From: Narcine bancroftii
Lineage: Eukaryota
Assembly: GCF_036971445.1 (NCBI RefSeq)
Contig: NC_091478.1
Span: 29,016,001 to 29,080,000 of the forward strand
DNA: 64,000 nt
Direction: 5' to 3'
The position numbers were made by a program, and so were the translations under genes. Each line of letters starts with the position of its first letter. The first letter of the stretch is position 1. A model generated the notes under the pieces. That model was not told the origin of the DNA, made no database searches, and worked only from the letters and a program-made list of their open reading frames with translations. Of the stretch, positions 24,327 to 34,835 are shown one piece after another.

Positions 24327-24476
24327 GTCCTGAAGGTCAACATCCTGAAATGTGACCCAGCCCAGGAGAAGATGTTGCTGTCTCTTAGAATGCACAGACA
24401 TGCCATTGGACGGAAACCAGGAAGAGGATCTGATATTCCTGTGGAAAGTGATGAAGCTGGGTACCCAACTGGGAAG
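24327..24476 (+). CDS. PDCD11: PDCD11 coding exon 13
   Basis: ccag|VLKVNILKCDPAQEKMLLS...PTGK|gtaggg; 150 nt. Confidence 0.9.
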
Positions 24477-25087
24477 GTAGGGGAAATGAGGCCTCAACAT
24501 TTCCAGGCAATGTATCACTTTGACATGTCCTCAGTGCTGAGTATGTTTCAATACAATTAAAGCAAGGGATAAAGTTGGTCCTCAAATTAAGGTTCTGAAA
24601 TTATAGAGCAGTCCCACACTGTGATGTATCTGGACAGAATGCTTTTTATGGGGTGCCTGTAAAAGTTGATAAAAGACCTTGGGAATGGTGCTGAATTTGC
24701 TCGGGATTCTGAGAAAATATCGGCCTTGGTGCTCTCTCTAGGCTGCAATATTGATCTGATTGGACCAGGACAGATTGTTCGGGATGTGTCCTGAAAATTT
24801 CAAACTGTCCACCATCTCCACTGATAATAACAGGAATGTTTGCTGCTCTCCATTTCCAAAAGGCAATGACCAGCTCCTTGGTTTTCTGACATTCAGGGAG
24901 GGATTGATGTCCTGACTCCATGTTCCCAGACTCTTTGTCTCCTTCCTGTACTCCATCTCATTGTAGACTGAGATTGGGCCTACAATATTAGATAAGCCAC
25001 AATTTTAATAGAATGCTGAATGAGCTGACAGGCCTATTGAGGTTTGTGGTGCTGGTGATGTGTTTCTCTTTGTAATGCACCTCTCAG

Positions 25088-25282
25088 ATAGTTGATGTGA
25101 GAGTATTGGCGAAGACAAAGACTGGATTGCAGGTCGCCATCCTACCTGAGCAAGTGACTGCCTTCCTGCCCACAACTCATCTCTCGGACCATGTGAGCAG
25201 CTGTCAGCTTTTGGCGGAGACACTTCGAGTGGATGACATTGTTCCTGGAGTTGTGTGTTGGAGCCAAGCGTCCAACCAGATT
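25088..25282 (+). CDS. PDCD11: PDCD11 coding exon 14
   Basis: ctcag|IVDVRVL...AFLPTTHLSDH...SNQI|gtatcctt (U12-type donor); 195 nt. Confidence 0.9.
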
Positions 25283-25587
25283 GTATCCTTCCCTGCTCCC
25301 CAAGCCCACACGTGCTGAATGCTTCCGAGGTTTCACTTCTCATTGACCATCCGGCTCAAGTCCTATAGAATGGTATTGCCAATCATTATTTGTCAACAAT
25401 TTTTTGAAAATCTAACTTCATTGCCTTTTGCTGGTCATTTTCATCAGACTGGTTTGTTGATTACCTGGCTTCCGTGACATAGCCAATGTTGAGCTGGTTC
25501 AAAAATCCAGTCCCGCGAGCCGCAGACTGGATTTACTCAGTCCCATACAAGGCTGCACCTCTTTGCTCTCCTTAACTCCTGCCTTAG
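25283..25587 (+). other. U12-type (minor spliceosome) GT-AG intron
   Basis: 5' site GTATCCTT; branch point TCCTTAAC at 25569-25576, 11 nt before the intron end; both flanking exons join in frame. Confidence 0.88.
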
Positions 25588-25662
25588 ATTCTGTGCAGGA
25601 AACCAGCATTGCTGGCTTTCCTCAGGCAAGGACCAGTGGCGAAGGATTTTACAGAGCTCCAG
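25588..25662 (+). CDS. PDCD11: PDCD11 coding exon 15
   Basis: ttag|ILCRKPALLAFLRQGPVAKDFTELQ|gtaagc; 75 nt. Confidence 0.9.
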
Positions 25663-26267
25663 GTAAGCTGATGTGGGAGTGAGGGGAAGGGGGAGGGACA
25701 CAGGCGAGAAGGTGATGGGTGGACACAGGAGGGAGGAAAGGAGTGGACGAGATAGGGGAAGAGGGAAAAGGGGCTGAGGAAGATGACTCCCTCACAGGAG
25801 AAGGAAGGAAAGAGGTTTAGATGGCTGCTGTAAATTGCCTTTACATTAGGCATTTGCCAAAGGAATTAATGCAGGGTTCCAGGAAACGAGGAGAAGGAAC
25901 AGATGGGGTTGTTCTAGCATGGACCTGATGGGCTGAATGACCTGTATAGATGCAGCTTAATTCTGTAGATTCACAATTCTCAGTCCAACAACCAACCTTG
26001 GGGCTGGTCCACATTCAGGGCATTCAATCTAGACTAAAGGGCCTTTTGGCATTTTTCCTCTGGAAAGCCTGGGGTTTGTTACATGCAAGTACAAGGAGTG
26101 TGTGTGCATGTGCGTGCACGTACGCCAATTCACCACTTTCTGTACCCCATCCTCAACCCAGGGTGCAAGGACCTCCATCTCTAAGCACCTGCATCCCTCC
26201 TTGGGCAATGAGGCTTGGGCTGGGGGGGTACCCAGCCAAGTGGTGACTACTTGCCTCTCTCTTCTAG

Positions 26268-26363
26268 GTGGGGATGGTCATGCCAGGAATGGTGAAGAGT
26301 GTCATGCCATATGGAGTGTTTGTGGAATTTGCACACGGGTTGGTCGGCTTGGCTCCCAAAGCG
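26268..26363 (+). CDS. PDCD11: PDCD11 coding exon 16
   Basis: ctag|VGMVMPGMVKSVMPYGVFVEFAHGLVGLAPKA|gtgagt; 96 nt. Confidence 0.92.
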
Positions 26364-26411
26364 GTGAGTCTGATGTCCTGTTACAGCGCACAGCCAGTCT
26401 CGCTGCTTATT

Positions 26412-26625
26412 CGGCACAGTTAGTGTAGCAGTTAGCACAATGCTGTTACAGCGCCAGCGACCCATGCTCGAATCCCGCGCTGTTTGTACATTCTTCCCAT
26501 GTATGGGAGCTCTGGTTTCCTCCCACCCTTCAACTGGAGGTTGTTGGTTAATTGGGTGTAATTAGGTGGCAGGGGATCATGGGCCGGAAGGGCCTGTTAC
26601 GGTGTTGTATGTCTAAAAATTTTAA
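26412..26625 (+). mobile_element. tRNA-derived SINE
   Basis: GGCACAGTTAGTGTAGC head; GCTCGAATCCC B-box-like motif. Confidence 0.7.
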
Positions 26626-26999
26626 AAGTCCATTAAAATTCTAGTGTTTGCTAGTGGCCTCCAAAGGGGACACCGAACAGCTTGGATGATGCAGGACCAG
26701 GGGAAGGTGGTGCAGAAATTGTGTTACTGTGCTCCTGCTGTCATGGTGAATCTGGGAATTTGCATCTGGTGAATATTAAAGGGTAAAAGCTAGGAATACA
26801 GGTTTGGACTCAGTGGAGATGGTCCTGAAGGTATAGGTAGAAGCCCATCTGGATTGCAGAGGAACCTTGGTGAAGGAAATCTAATGCCCACTCTGGAGTC
26901 ATGTCTAATGTTACATGTCCCATACGAGCATCAAACTGGGATTGGTGATAAATTCCAATTTCATAAACAATAGTTCAAAAGAATGGAAAATTGGATCCA

Positions 27000-27380
27000 C
27001 GTGGTTAGCATAGCATTTACAGTGCTAGCAAGCCGAGTTTGAATCTGATGCTATCTGTAAGGAGTTTTTGTTCTCTCTGAGACCATGTGGGTTTTCTCCT
27101 GGTGCTCTGGTTTCCTCCCACCCTTCAAAATGTACAAGTTTTGCAGGTCAATTGGTGTATTCGAACCTGCTGCATTTAATTTTTTTAAATTTTAGACACT
27201 GCACAGTAACAGGTCCTTTTGTCCTACGAGCCTATCCTGCCCAATTAAACCCAATTGACCTACAAACTGGTACGTTTTGAAGGGTGGGAGGCAATCAGAG
27301 CTCACGGGAAAAACCCTCGCAGACCTGGGATTCGAGCCCAGGTTGCTGGCATTTTAATAACATGCTAACTGTGTCACCCT
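27000..27380. mobile_element. Two tRNA-SINE copies tail-to-tail
   Basis: + copy at ~27000-27160 and - copy at ~27175-27380 of the same family. Confidence 0.55.
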
Positions 27381-27674
27381 GTGCTGTATCTCTAGGTAAA
27401 ATAAACATGTTTTAGGTGGCATTCTGATCATAATTCAGAGAAATGTAGACAAAATAACAAATGTTTAGGAGTTGCAGACTGAGTTTAGCCAGTGCAGGAA
27501 ACTTCAAGATGGAATAACAGATATTCTGTGGTGAATTTAATGATGGAAGAATCTGGGGATTTATGATTGGAATTAAGATGACCAGACTGGAATTTAAATG
27601 GGGATGTTCAAGGTGAGGGAACAACTTGTGCCCTGGAATGGTAATTCAGGAAGTTAATATTTCTGTTTCCTTAG

Positions 27675-27894
27675 GCTATGTCTGATAAGTTTGTAACCGA
27701 CACAGCAGACCATTTCGTGGTGGGACAGACGGTGGTTGCCATGGTAACAAACGTGGATGAGGAGAAGAGGCGTGCACTTTTGACTCTGAAAGTGTCGGAA
27801 TGTGGATCTGGGGATGCTGCCCGGGAGAGCCTTGCCCTCTTGACCCAGTACTTGAATGAGCTGGATTTCGTGAGGTCCTTCATGGACCAGAGGG
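27675..27894 (+). CDS. PDCD11: PDCD11 coding exon 17
   Basis: ttag|[31 protein letters not shown]...|gtaatg; 220 nt. Confidence 0.93.
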
Positions 27895-27970
27895 GTAATG
27901 TCAGAATCCAGTAAATAATCGTGCCATGGAAATAAATCTATTTAAAATGCAATTTTTGCATTTCTAAATA

Positions 27971-28866
27971 CAGGTCAAGTACCCCTTATCCAAAAATCCA
28001 AAATGCTCCAAAATCTGGAACTTTTGGAGTGCAGACAGGATGCCACAAGTGGAAAATTCCACACCTGAACTCACTTGCCCATGTGGAGCTCTGAAGCTCT
28101 GTGGTTACCACCCATTGTTACTGCCAGACCTATGAGCTTTACTCACTATCCCCTTTTCCACTGGCACCCTGCCCCAAGAATTAACTGGGAATTTTCTGGG
28201 ACAGAATCCAGTGGAAAAGGAACATTGTCCGAATGCTGGCGTCAAGTGACGTCATTTCACGCCGGGATTAACCACCTCCACCCTTACTCCTATCCCCGGC
28301 GTGCTGATAAAACCAGTGGAAAAGGGACAGCAGAAAGCCACCCATTTCCAGTTGAAGGTTGAACACTCCGATCCCCGGGGATGAGTGTGTTCAGTGGAAA
28401 AGCAATTAATATCCCAGTTAAGGGTGGCCTAGTAGAAACGGCATAAAGGGCTTCCTATAATCCTGGGACACTGCACAGCCAATTAACTGGGATGCCAGTG
28501 GAAAAGGGGTAATTGAGATGACTCTGGAGGAAACATTTTAAAAATCTATCCAGCAGAATTTCTAGTATTTGGTGCTGCATTTATCTTCTTTTGTAAAGGT
28601 AAAAGTAAGCAGAGATCGGTTTTTTTTTAAGTACAAAACATTATTTTCATGTGAAATCAATAAAATGCAGTGTACTGAAACCTTTTGATCAAAACACAGC
28701 ATTGTAGTTGGAGACCAAAAGTCTGCCGTTGTTTGTTGTTGTTGTTTAACAGCTGATACAGGTATTCTGTTGACACTACTGCATTGCTTAGTTACCCTAA
28801 ACACATTATTCCAAAATCTGAAACACTTCTGGTCCCATATATTTTGGATAAGGGGTACTCAACTTG
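27971..28866. mobile_element. Non-autonomous TcMar-Tigger (Tigger4/MER46-like) DNA transposon
   Basis: TA|CAGGTCAAGTACCCCTTATCCAAAA ... TTTTGGATAAGGGGTACTCAACTTG|TA: terminal inverted repeats with TA target duplication. Confidence 0.8.
28150..28509. mobile_element. MITE with 17-bp TIRs nested in the Tigger element
   Basis: CCCCTTTTCCACTGGCA ... TGCCAGTGGAAAAGGGG, with repeated internal CAGTGGAAAA motifs. Confidence 0.75.
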
Positions 28867-29186
28867 TACCATTAATATACCTGCAGGAAGATCCTATTCC
28901 CTTCAATTCACATGCAAGTGCTATTCTGTGAGATTGTTGTTGTACCTCCTGTCACTACCTCTGTTGGGACCATCTGATGTGCACCCCATGTCCATGGGTG
29001 ATGTTTTTCTCTGATGTCGTTGGTGGCACCAGCAGTCACTGCATCCGGCACACAAAACCCCTTTGTTAAGACCCTCTCAGGGAGAGGGTTACAGGCTGGA
29101 ATCTAATTGACAGGTTTGAATGGGGATGGGCAGAGAATGGCATGTTGGGGGTTTGTAACAGGCTCACCCCTTTAATGCCATTTCAG

Positions 29187-29336
29187 ATTCTGCAGTGGTT
29201 GCCAATCTGAGCCACCTGGTCATCGGACAAAGGCTGGAGCTCACCGTGGACACGGTCAAGACGGATGGGACGGTGTATTTCACAGGCAAGGAAGTTGCTG
29301 GGCTGAACATAACAGCCAGTTGTTATCACCAAGGAG
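29187..29336 (+). CDS. PDCD11: PDCD11 coding exon 18
   Basis: ttcag|..SAVVANLSHLVIGQRL...ASCYHQG|gtgcgt; 150 nt. Confidence 0.9.
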
Positions 29337-29496
29337 GTGCGTTCACATTTGGTCTGTTGACATTTCTGGTGAAGGGGGGCTGGAACAGCACACATCTCGT
29401 CTCTGTGCCACAAGGTTGTGGGTTCAATCCTCACTCCAGAATTTGAGTTGTTACTATGACAACCCCCCCCCCCCCACCAACAGCCTTATTTTGACA

Positions 29497-29665
29497 GGTT
29501 GGCACAGTTAGCACAATGGTGTTATAACTACAGAGACTGGGGTTCAAATCCAGTGCTGTTTGTAATGAGTTTGTATGTTCTCCCCATGTCTGCATGGGTT
29601 TCCTTTAGGTGTTCTGGTTTCCTCCCACCGTTCAAAATGTGCCGGGATTGTAGGTTAATCTCTAT
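29497..29665 (+). mobile_element. tRNA-derived SINE
   Basis: Same family head and body as 9545-9790. Confidence 0.65.
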
Positions 29666-29708
29666 ATTTGCCCATGTCGCCTGATTGTTTCCTTTGTTCC
29701 TTTCTCAG

Positions 29709-29824
29709 AGGGTGGCGTTAACCCTGGCCAGCAGTTGGTCGGAGTTGTGTTGTTTGTTGATCTCCTCTCCTCAACTGTACACGTTTCTGTCCGTCCAGAA
29801 CTGCAGAATGCAGGGGTCGAGAAG
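29709..29824 (+). CDS. PDCD11: PDCD11 coding exon 19
   Basis: ctcag|..GGVNPGQQLVGVVLFVD...VEK|gtatgg; 116 nt. Confidence 0.88.
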
Positions 29825-30419
29825 GTATGGAAGTGTGGTGGTCTGCAAAGCCTCTGCCTGTCTCCTCGCGAAATGGTTCAGGCTGCAGCTACTCCTCAAC
29901 CTCTAAACCATACACCTGGGTGAAGGTTGTCAGCCTGCTCTCCCAGCAAGGGTTGGCATGCTGAATTAATGCCAGAGGATTAGTTGAGGAAGGGACTCTA
30001 GCTGGTCGAGAGCTCAATGAGGCCAAAGATGGATTACCAGAGCAAGGAATGTAAACCATACACAATAAAGACCAGGTTCCCAGATGAGATGAGGTCTCTC
30101 ATTTCTGTGTTAAGGTTACCATAATCCTCTGTGACATAACCTCTGCCCTCTACGCCAAACATTCTCTACTCATGACCTAGATCTACCCCTCCCCCCACCC
30201 CAGTTCCTGGGGGCCACAACACATTTAAGTAAAAGCCTTGTTTTCATCTCGTGTAACATAAATATTTTTTATGTAATCAATAGAAATACAGAAGAAACCA
30301 AAACCTGACTGCTTCACAGGGAAGGGGGCCCATAAACTTTGAGTAGAGTTCTAGGAGGGCCATAGCTGAAAGAAGGTTGAGAATGAGTGCTCTAGACAAT
30401 TAAGAATCACAAGGAGGCT

Positions 30420-30625
30420 TGAGCGCAATTGCTAGCCCAACACTGTTACAGCGCCATTGACTCAGATTTGAATCCAGCGCTGTCTGTAAGGAATTGTACA
30501 TTCTCCCCACATCTGTGTGGGTTTCCTCCCACCTTTCAAAACATACCAGGGGTGCAGGTAAATTGGATGTAAGTGGGTGGCACAGACTCGTGGGCGGAAA
30601 GGGCCTGTTAGCATGCTATATGTCT
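30420..30625 (+). mobile_element. tRNA-derived SINE
   Basis: TGTTACAGCGCC...TTGAATCCAGCGCTGTCTGTAAGG family motif. Confidence 0.6.
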
Positions 30626-30727
30626 AACACTAACACTTGCCTTGGTTCAAAGAGGCAGTGGAGGTCTGGTGGGCTTTGAGTTTTTTGTGCTAGCAACCTG
30701 CAATTAATCAATAATGTCCATCTCCAG

Positions 30728-31242
30728 GTGCAGCTGAAAAGGTATTTGCAGCAATCGGCTGTAGTGCAGTTTGTGACGTCTGATGTTGCTGTGGGATGGC
30801 TGCCCAGCTCCTCACAGCTCACCTTCATTCCCCTCACCTCTCACCTCAATGACACCTTCCACTTCGACTCAGAAAAGCTCTCCGAAGGGCAGACGGTGGC
30901 TGTGAACCTTCAGGCCACCACAAAGACGCACCAAGGGATCCCACTGTCCTGTAGGAGACTCGGTGTGCGCTGCAGATCAAACAGAGTCCATGAACCTCCA
31001 GAGGATGAGGCCATGTCCGAGGTCCAACATACCCTATGCTTTGGCGATGTCCTCAGTGGGAGAGTGAAGTCAGTGCGGCCCACCTGCCTACTTATCGCGT
31101 TGCCAGGCAGGGTGACCGGATTTGTTCATGCCTCGGAGATCCTTGACCAGGTCTCCAGTGGAATGGTTCCAACATCTAGCCACAAAGTCGGCAATACCGT
31201 GACTGCAAAGGTCATCAGAGGCAAGGAAGTGAAGTCCCACAA
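30728..31242 (+). CDS. PDCD11: PDCD11 coding exon 20
   Basis: ccag|VQLKR...TSHLNDTFHFDSEKL...HASEILD...KSH|gtaggt; 515 nt. Confidence 0.93.
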
Positions 31243-31982
31243 GTAGGTGGCTGCTGGCAGGTGGTATGTTTGTGGGTTGGAACTTCAGCTGACTGCATTG
31301 CTGTAGGAATGGGCAGCAGCTAGAGGCTCCAGTAGCGTTAACTATATCAGTATGCCACTGCAGATGGAGTGAGCTAGCTCTCTGTGATTCTTCATGATGT
31401 AGGCTCATGATACGGCCCACACTATTTAAACAGTGTTTCTTGTCCCTGTGTATTAATTAGTGGTGATGGGCCATAGTGGGGTGTGAATGAACTGTGACTG
31501 ACCCAGGCTCTGGGTCAGTTGTGTCGGTCTCCTTCATCAATAACCTGCTCTCGCGATTGTTGGCCAGAGCAACTCAATTCTTCCATGCCACCATCATCCT
31601 TTATGGGCAGAGACAAGAAAGGGAAAAGTTTGATAACATTTCCTGGCAGTGCAGTGTTCCATCAGTACTGCGCAGGAAGCTCTTGTGAGCAATATTTTTC
31701 AATGTCCATATTCTGGCGCTCACCTTGAGCAGCCCATCTCGAACACTCTCTAGAGTTTGCTGTGTTTGAAAAATGCCCTCAGTGCTGCACCCAGGGTGAG
31801 GTAACCAAATGCAGGACTATGAATGTCTGCATATACTGACCCTGTATTGAGTGACGGGCATGATGAACGGAGGTAGGCATTCCAGTGCATGAATATTTTG
31901 ACCTCTGATGTACAGGGTAAGTTTCCCATTGTTTTTGGTGTCTGACTAATATATGCACATGTTTGTCCCCCTGTCATGCCAG

Positions 31983-32045
31983 ATTACCGCCGATCACTCA
32001 CTTGCATTCCCTTTGGACTACGCCGGTGTTGACTCTGAGACCAAG
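31983..32045 (+). CDS. PDCD11: PDCD11 coding exon 21
   Basis: ccag|.LPPITHLHSLWTTPVLTLRP|gtgagg; 63 nt, phase 2/2. Confidence 0.87.
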
Positions 32046-33198
32046 GTGAGGCATGACATTCTCTTGAGCAATGAGGTACAGTGTCCCAGCTGTGCAAGAC
32101 AATGACCTAGCAATACAACAAGAATGTGAAACTGTTGGTAGTAGGACAAAGATTAAAAACACAGGTGGGATAAAGTAAAAGATTAAACTGGCTGGAAAAT
32201 TGCAGATGTTGAAAATCTGAAATGAAAACAGGAGCACGCTAAAATTTGAAATCAGGAGGGCTAAAAGGGACTGGAAATAGCTCTGGTAATAATGGCAGAG
32301 ATAATCCTGAGATTTTACCTTTATTGGAACTTAGCTGGAACAGGTCAGAATAGAACCCATCAGCATACAGTGGGCACCTGGGAATCCCAAAGGGGACATT
32401 CTGGGGAGTTCTGAAGGGAGCAGTGATAATGTGGGTGTGGTTGAGGATGTGTGGTGTTTGAAAGTCCTCCCTGTGATTGCTGGGTTTCTTCTGCATACTG
32501 TGGTTCTTCCCACAGATGGGCTGGCTGGTAGGTTAATTAGCCACTGCGTATAGCCATTGTGTGGTGGGAGAATGGAAAGGAGTTGATGGATATTGGAGCA
32601 GGGAACTGGTGGGATTGCTCTGCAGATAAACACAATAGACCAGTTTCCTCCTCCTCCATAATGAGAAGATAAGAAAGAAGAAAGGGAGTGCAGAGTTAAA
32701 GGGAAAATCGGATAAACAGATGAGGAAGAATGGAGTGGAAGGGTAGTGAGAAAGGTCATCAGTGCGGAGCACTAACGACAGCCAATGGAGACTCCTGGTT
32801 GTGTGTTTTCTCGTCTGTGTGTCATTTTAAAAAAGCCTAAATTAGCACTGTAGATCATCAATCAAGGATCTGAGCCCTTTGAATCATCAGGTACCAGGAA
32901 CAGGATTTGCTTTGCTCATTGCAGTTGCTGGATCCAGTTGAGATTAGGCTTGGTTCTGGTGGGTCGCACAGCTGAATTTGTTGCTGTGGCTCATTCTAGG
33001 GTTACCAGGCTAGGGTGCACCTTTTGGGAGGTTCAGAGAGAGTAAATTAATCAAACAGTGGGACTTTTTCTGAAGTCAACAAAGCAGTGAAAGGTGTCCC
33101 CAGAGGGATTGCTTGAGCTTGGAGCCCAAACTTAGGCTTGGAGTGAGAGACGCCCTGCCTTCTCCCAGACCCTGCATTAACTCTCCTTTTTCATCCAG

Positions 33199-33295
33199 CA
33201 AACTATTGGAGAAAGATGTATGCCAGAGCGAGGAGCTGGTGGACAGGCTACAGGCCTTCAAGCCGGGGCAAGAGCTGACCTGCTACGTGCACAAG
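33199..33295 (+). CDS. PDCD11: PDCD11 coding exon 22
   Basis: ccag|.KLLEKD...FKPGQELTCYVHK|gtgctg; 97 nt. Confidence 0.88.
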
Positions 33296-33399
33296 GTGCT
33301 GACCGCTGGGTCTTGTGTGATTGGGGTCTGACGGGGGGGGGGGGGGGGGGGGTGGTTTTGGGAAGTGACTGAACTCTCTGCTGTCCCTCTGACTTCAGT

Positions 33400-34320
33400 T
33401 AGATGGAGTTACACAGTATGGAAACTGGCCTTGCGGCCCATCTTGTCCATGCATACTTGAGCTTGTCCCATTTGCCTGCGATAGTCTCATCACCATCAAA
33501 AAATTTTCTATACACATTCCTGCCTACATTTTAGTTAAATGTTGTAATTGTTCCTCTCTCTATCACTTCTCCTGGCTGCTCCTTCCACACTGCCCATCAG
33601 CCTCTGCTGGACAAACTTGCCCCTCAGGTACCTTTGAAACCATTCCCCGCTCCCCTCGAACCTGTGCCCTCTAACGTTAGATTCCCCTACCCTGGGGAAA
33701 AAACTGCTAATCCATGTTATCTGCCCCTCGTGATTTTATAACTCTGGAGTGAAACATGAAGGTCTGCTGATGTTGTGATTGTAGTAAACAAGATAGGACT
33801 CAGGCCCAAAACATCTGTTATGTATCTTATGGACGCTACAAGACTTGTTGAGTTCCTTCAGTTTTTCTGTGTTTTTACTTTTTATAAATCTCTAAGGTCA
33901 CACTCTGCCTCCTATACTATAAGGAAAAGGGTCTCTCCTTATAACCCAAGCCCTTCAGTCCTGCTAACATCCTCGTGAATATTTTCTGTGCCCTTTCCAT
34001 CTCAATGACGTCCTTCCTATAGCTGGGCGATCAAAATTGGGCACAGTACTCCCAAGTGCAGAATCACCAATGTCTTGTGTGGCATTCCAGCTCCTGTACT
34101 CCATGCCCAAGCAGTGAAAGCAGGCATGCCAAACACCTTTGCTCCCCTGTCTACCTGTGTCCCCTCTTTCAGAGAACTCAAAGTCCCTTCATCAACAGTC
34201 TCCAGGGCCCTGCCATTCACTGTGTAAGATCTACCCTAGTTATCTTCCCAAACTCCACACTTATTAGAGTTAAATTGCATCTGCCATTCCTTGGCCCACT
34301 TCTCTGTTTGATCTAGATAA
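33400..34320 (-). mobile_element. Degenerate CR1 fragments
   Basis: Decayed CR1 RT C-terminus and tail, interrupted by another repeat at ~33750-33880. Confidence 0.5.
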
Positions 34321-34745
34321 TGGTGTAGCTGTAAGTGGGCACCTGTTATGTTCCTAGTGACAGTGTGACAGCTATGGCCATTTTTAGATGTTGGGGTTGT
34401 TCCAAGATGAGGTCATTGGGTGGTAGAGTGCTCGGGGACAGGAATCGTTTCTTACTGGGTGCTGAGCCACCAGAGGCAGGAAGGCCACACAGGGAAGCTG
34501 TCCCATTCAACCTCTGCTTGAGTTTTTCCGGTTGCAGATGATAACAAATCACTTGGTTTGATCCCAGCATGGTCCGACACCCCACCTTCTCCCTGGGCAA
34601 GTCTGGTCTCCTTCCAAGGTCTGGTGACTACTCCACTCGTTTGTTGACTCACCCTATCTACAGCGTGTGTATCCTGCTCTGCTGGTTGCTTCCCACCAAT
34701 GTGCATACTGCACACTCAATGGTTTATTCTCTCTCCTGTTCCCAG

Positions 34746-34835
34746 TACTACAGCCCCAAGCAATGTCTGAATGTAGAAGTGACCCATGATGTCCACGGGA
34801 ATGTAGAGCTGCTGCTGTTATCCCTCAATCGCAAG
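34746..34835 (+). CDS. PDCD11: PDCD11 coding exon 23
   Basis: ccag|YYSPKQCLNVEVTHDVHGNVELLLLSLNRK|gtgagt; 90 nt. Confidence 0.9.
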
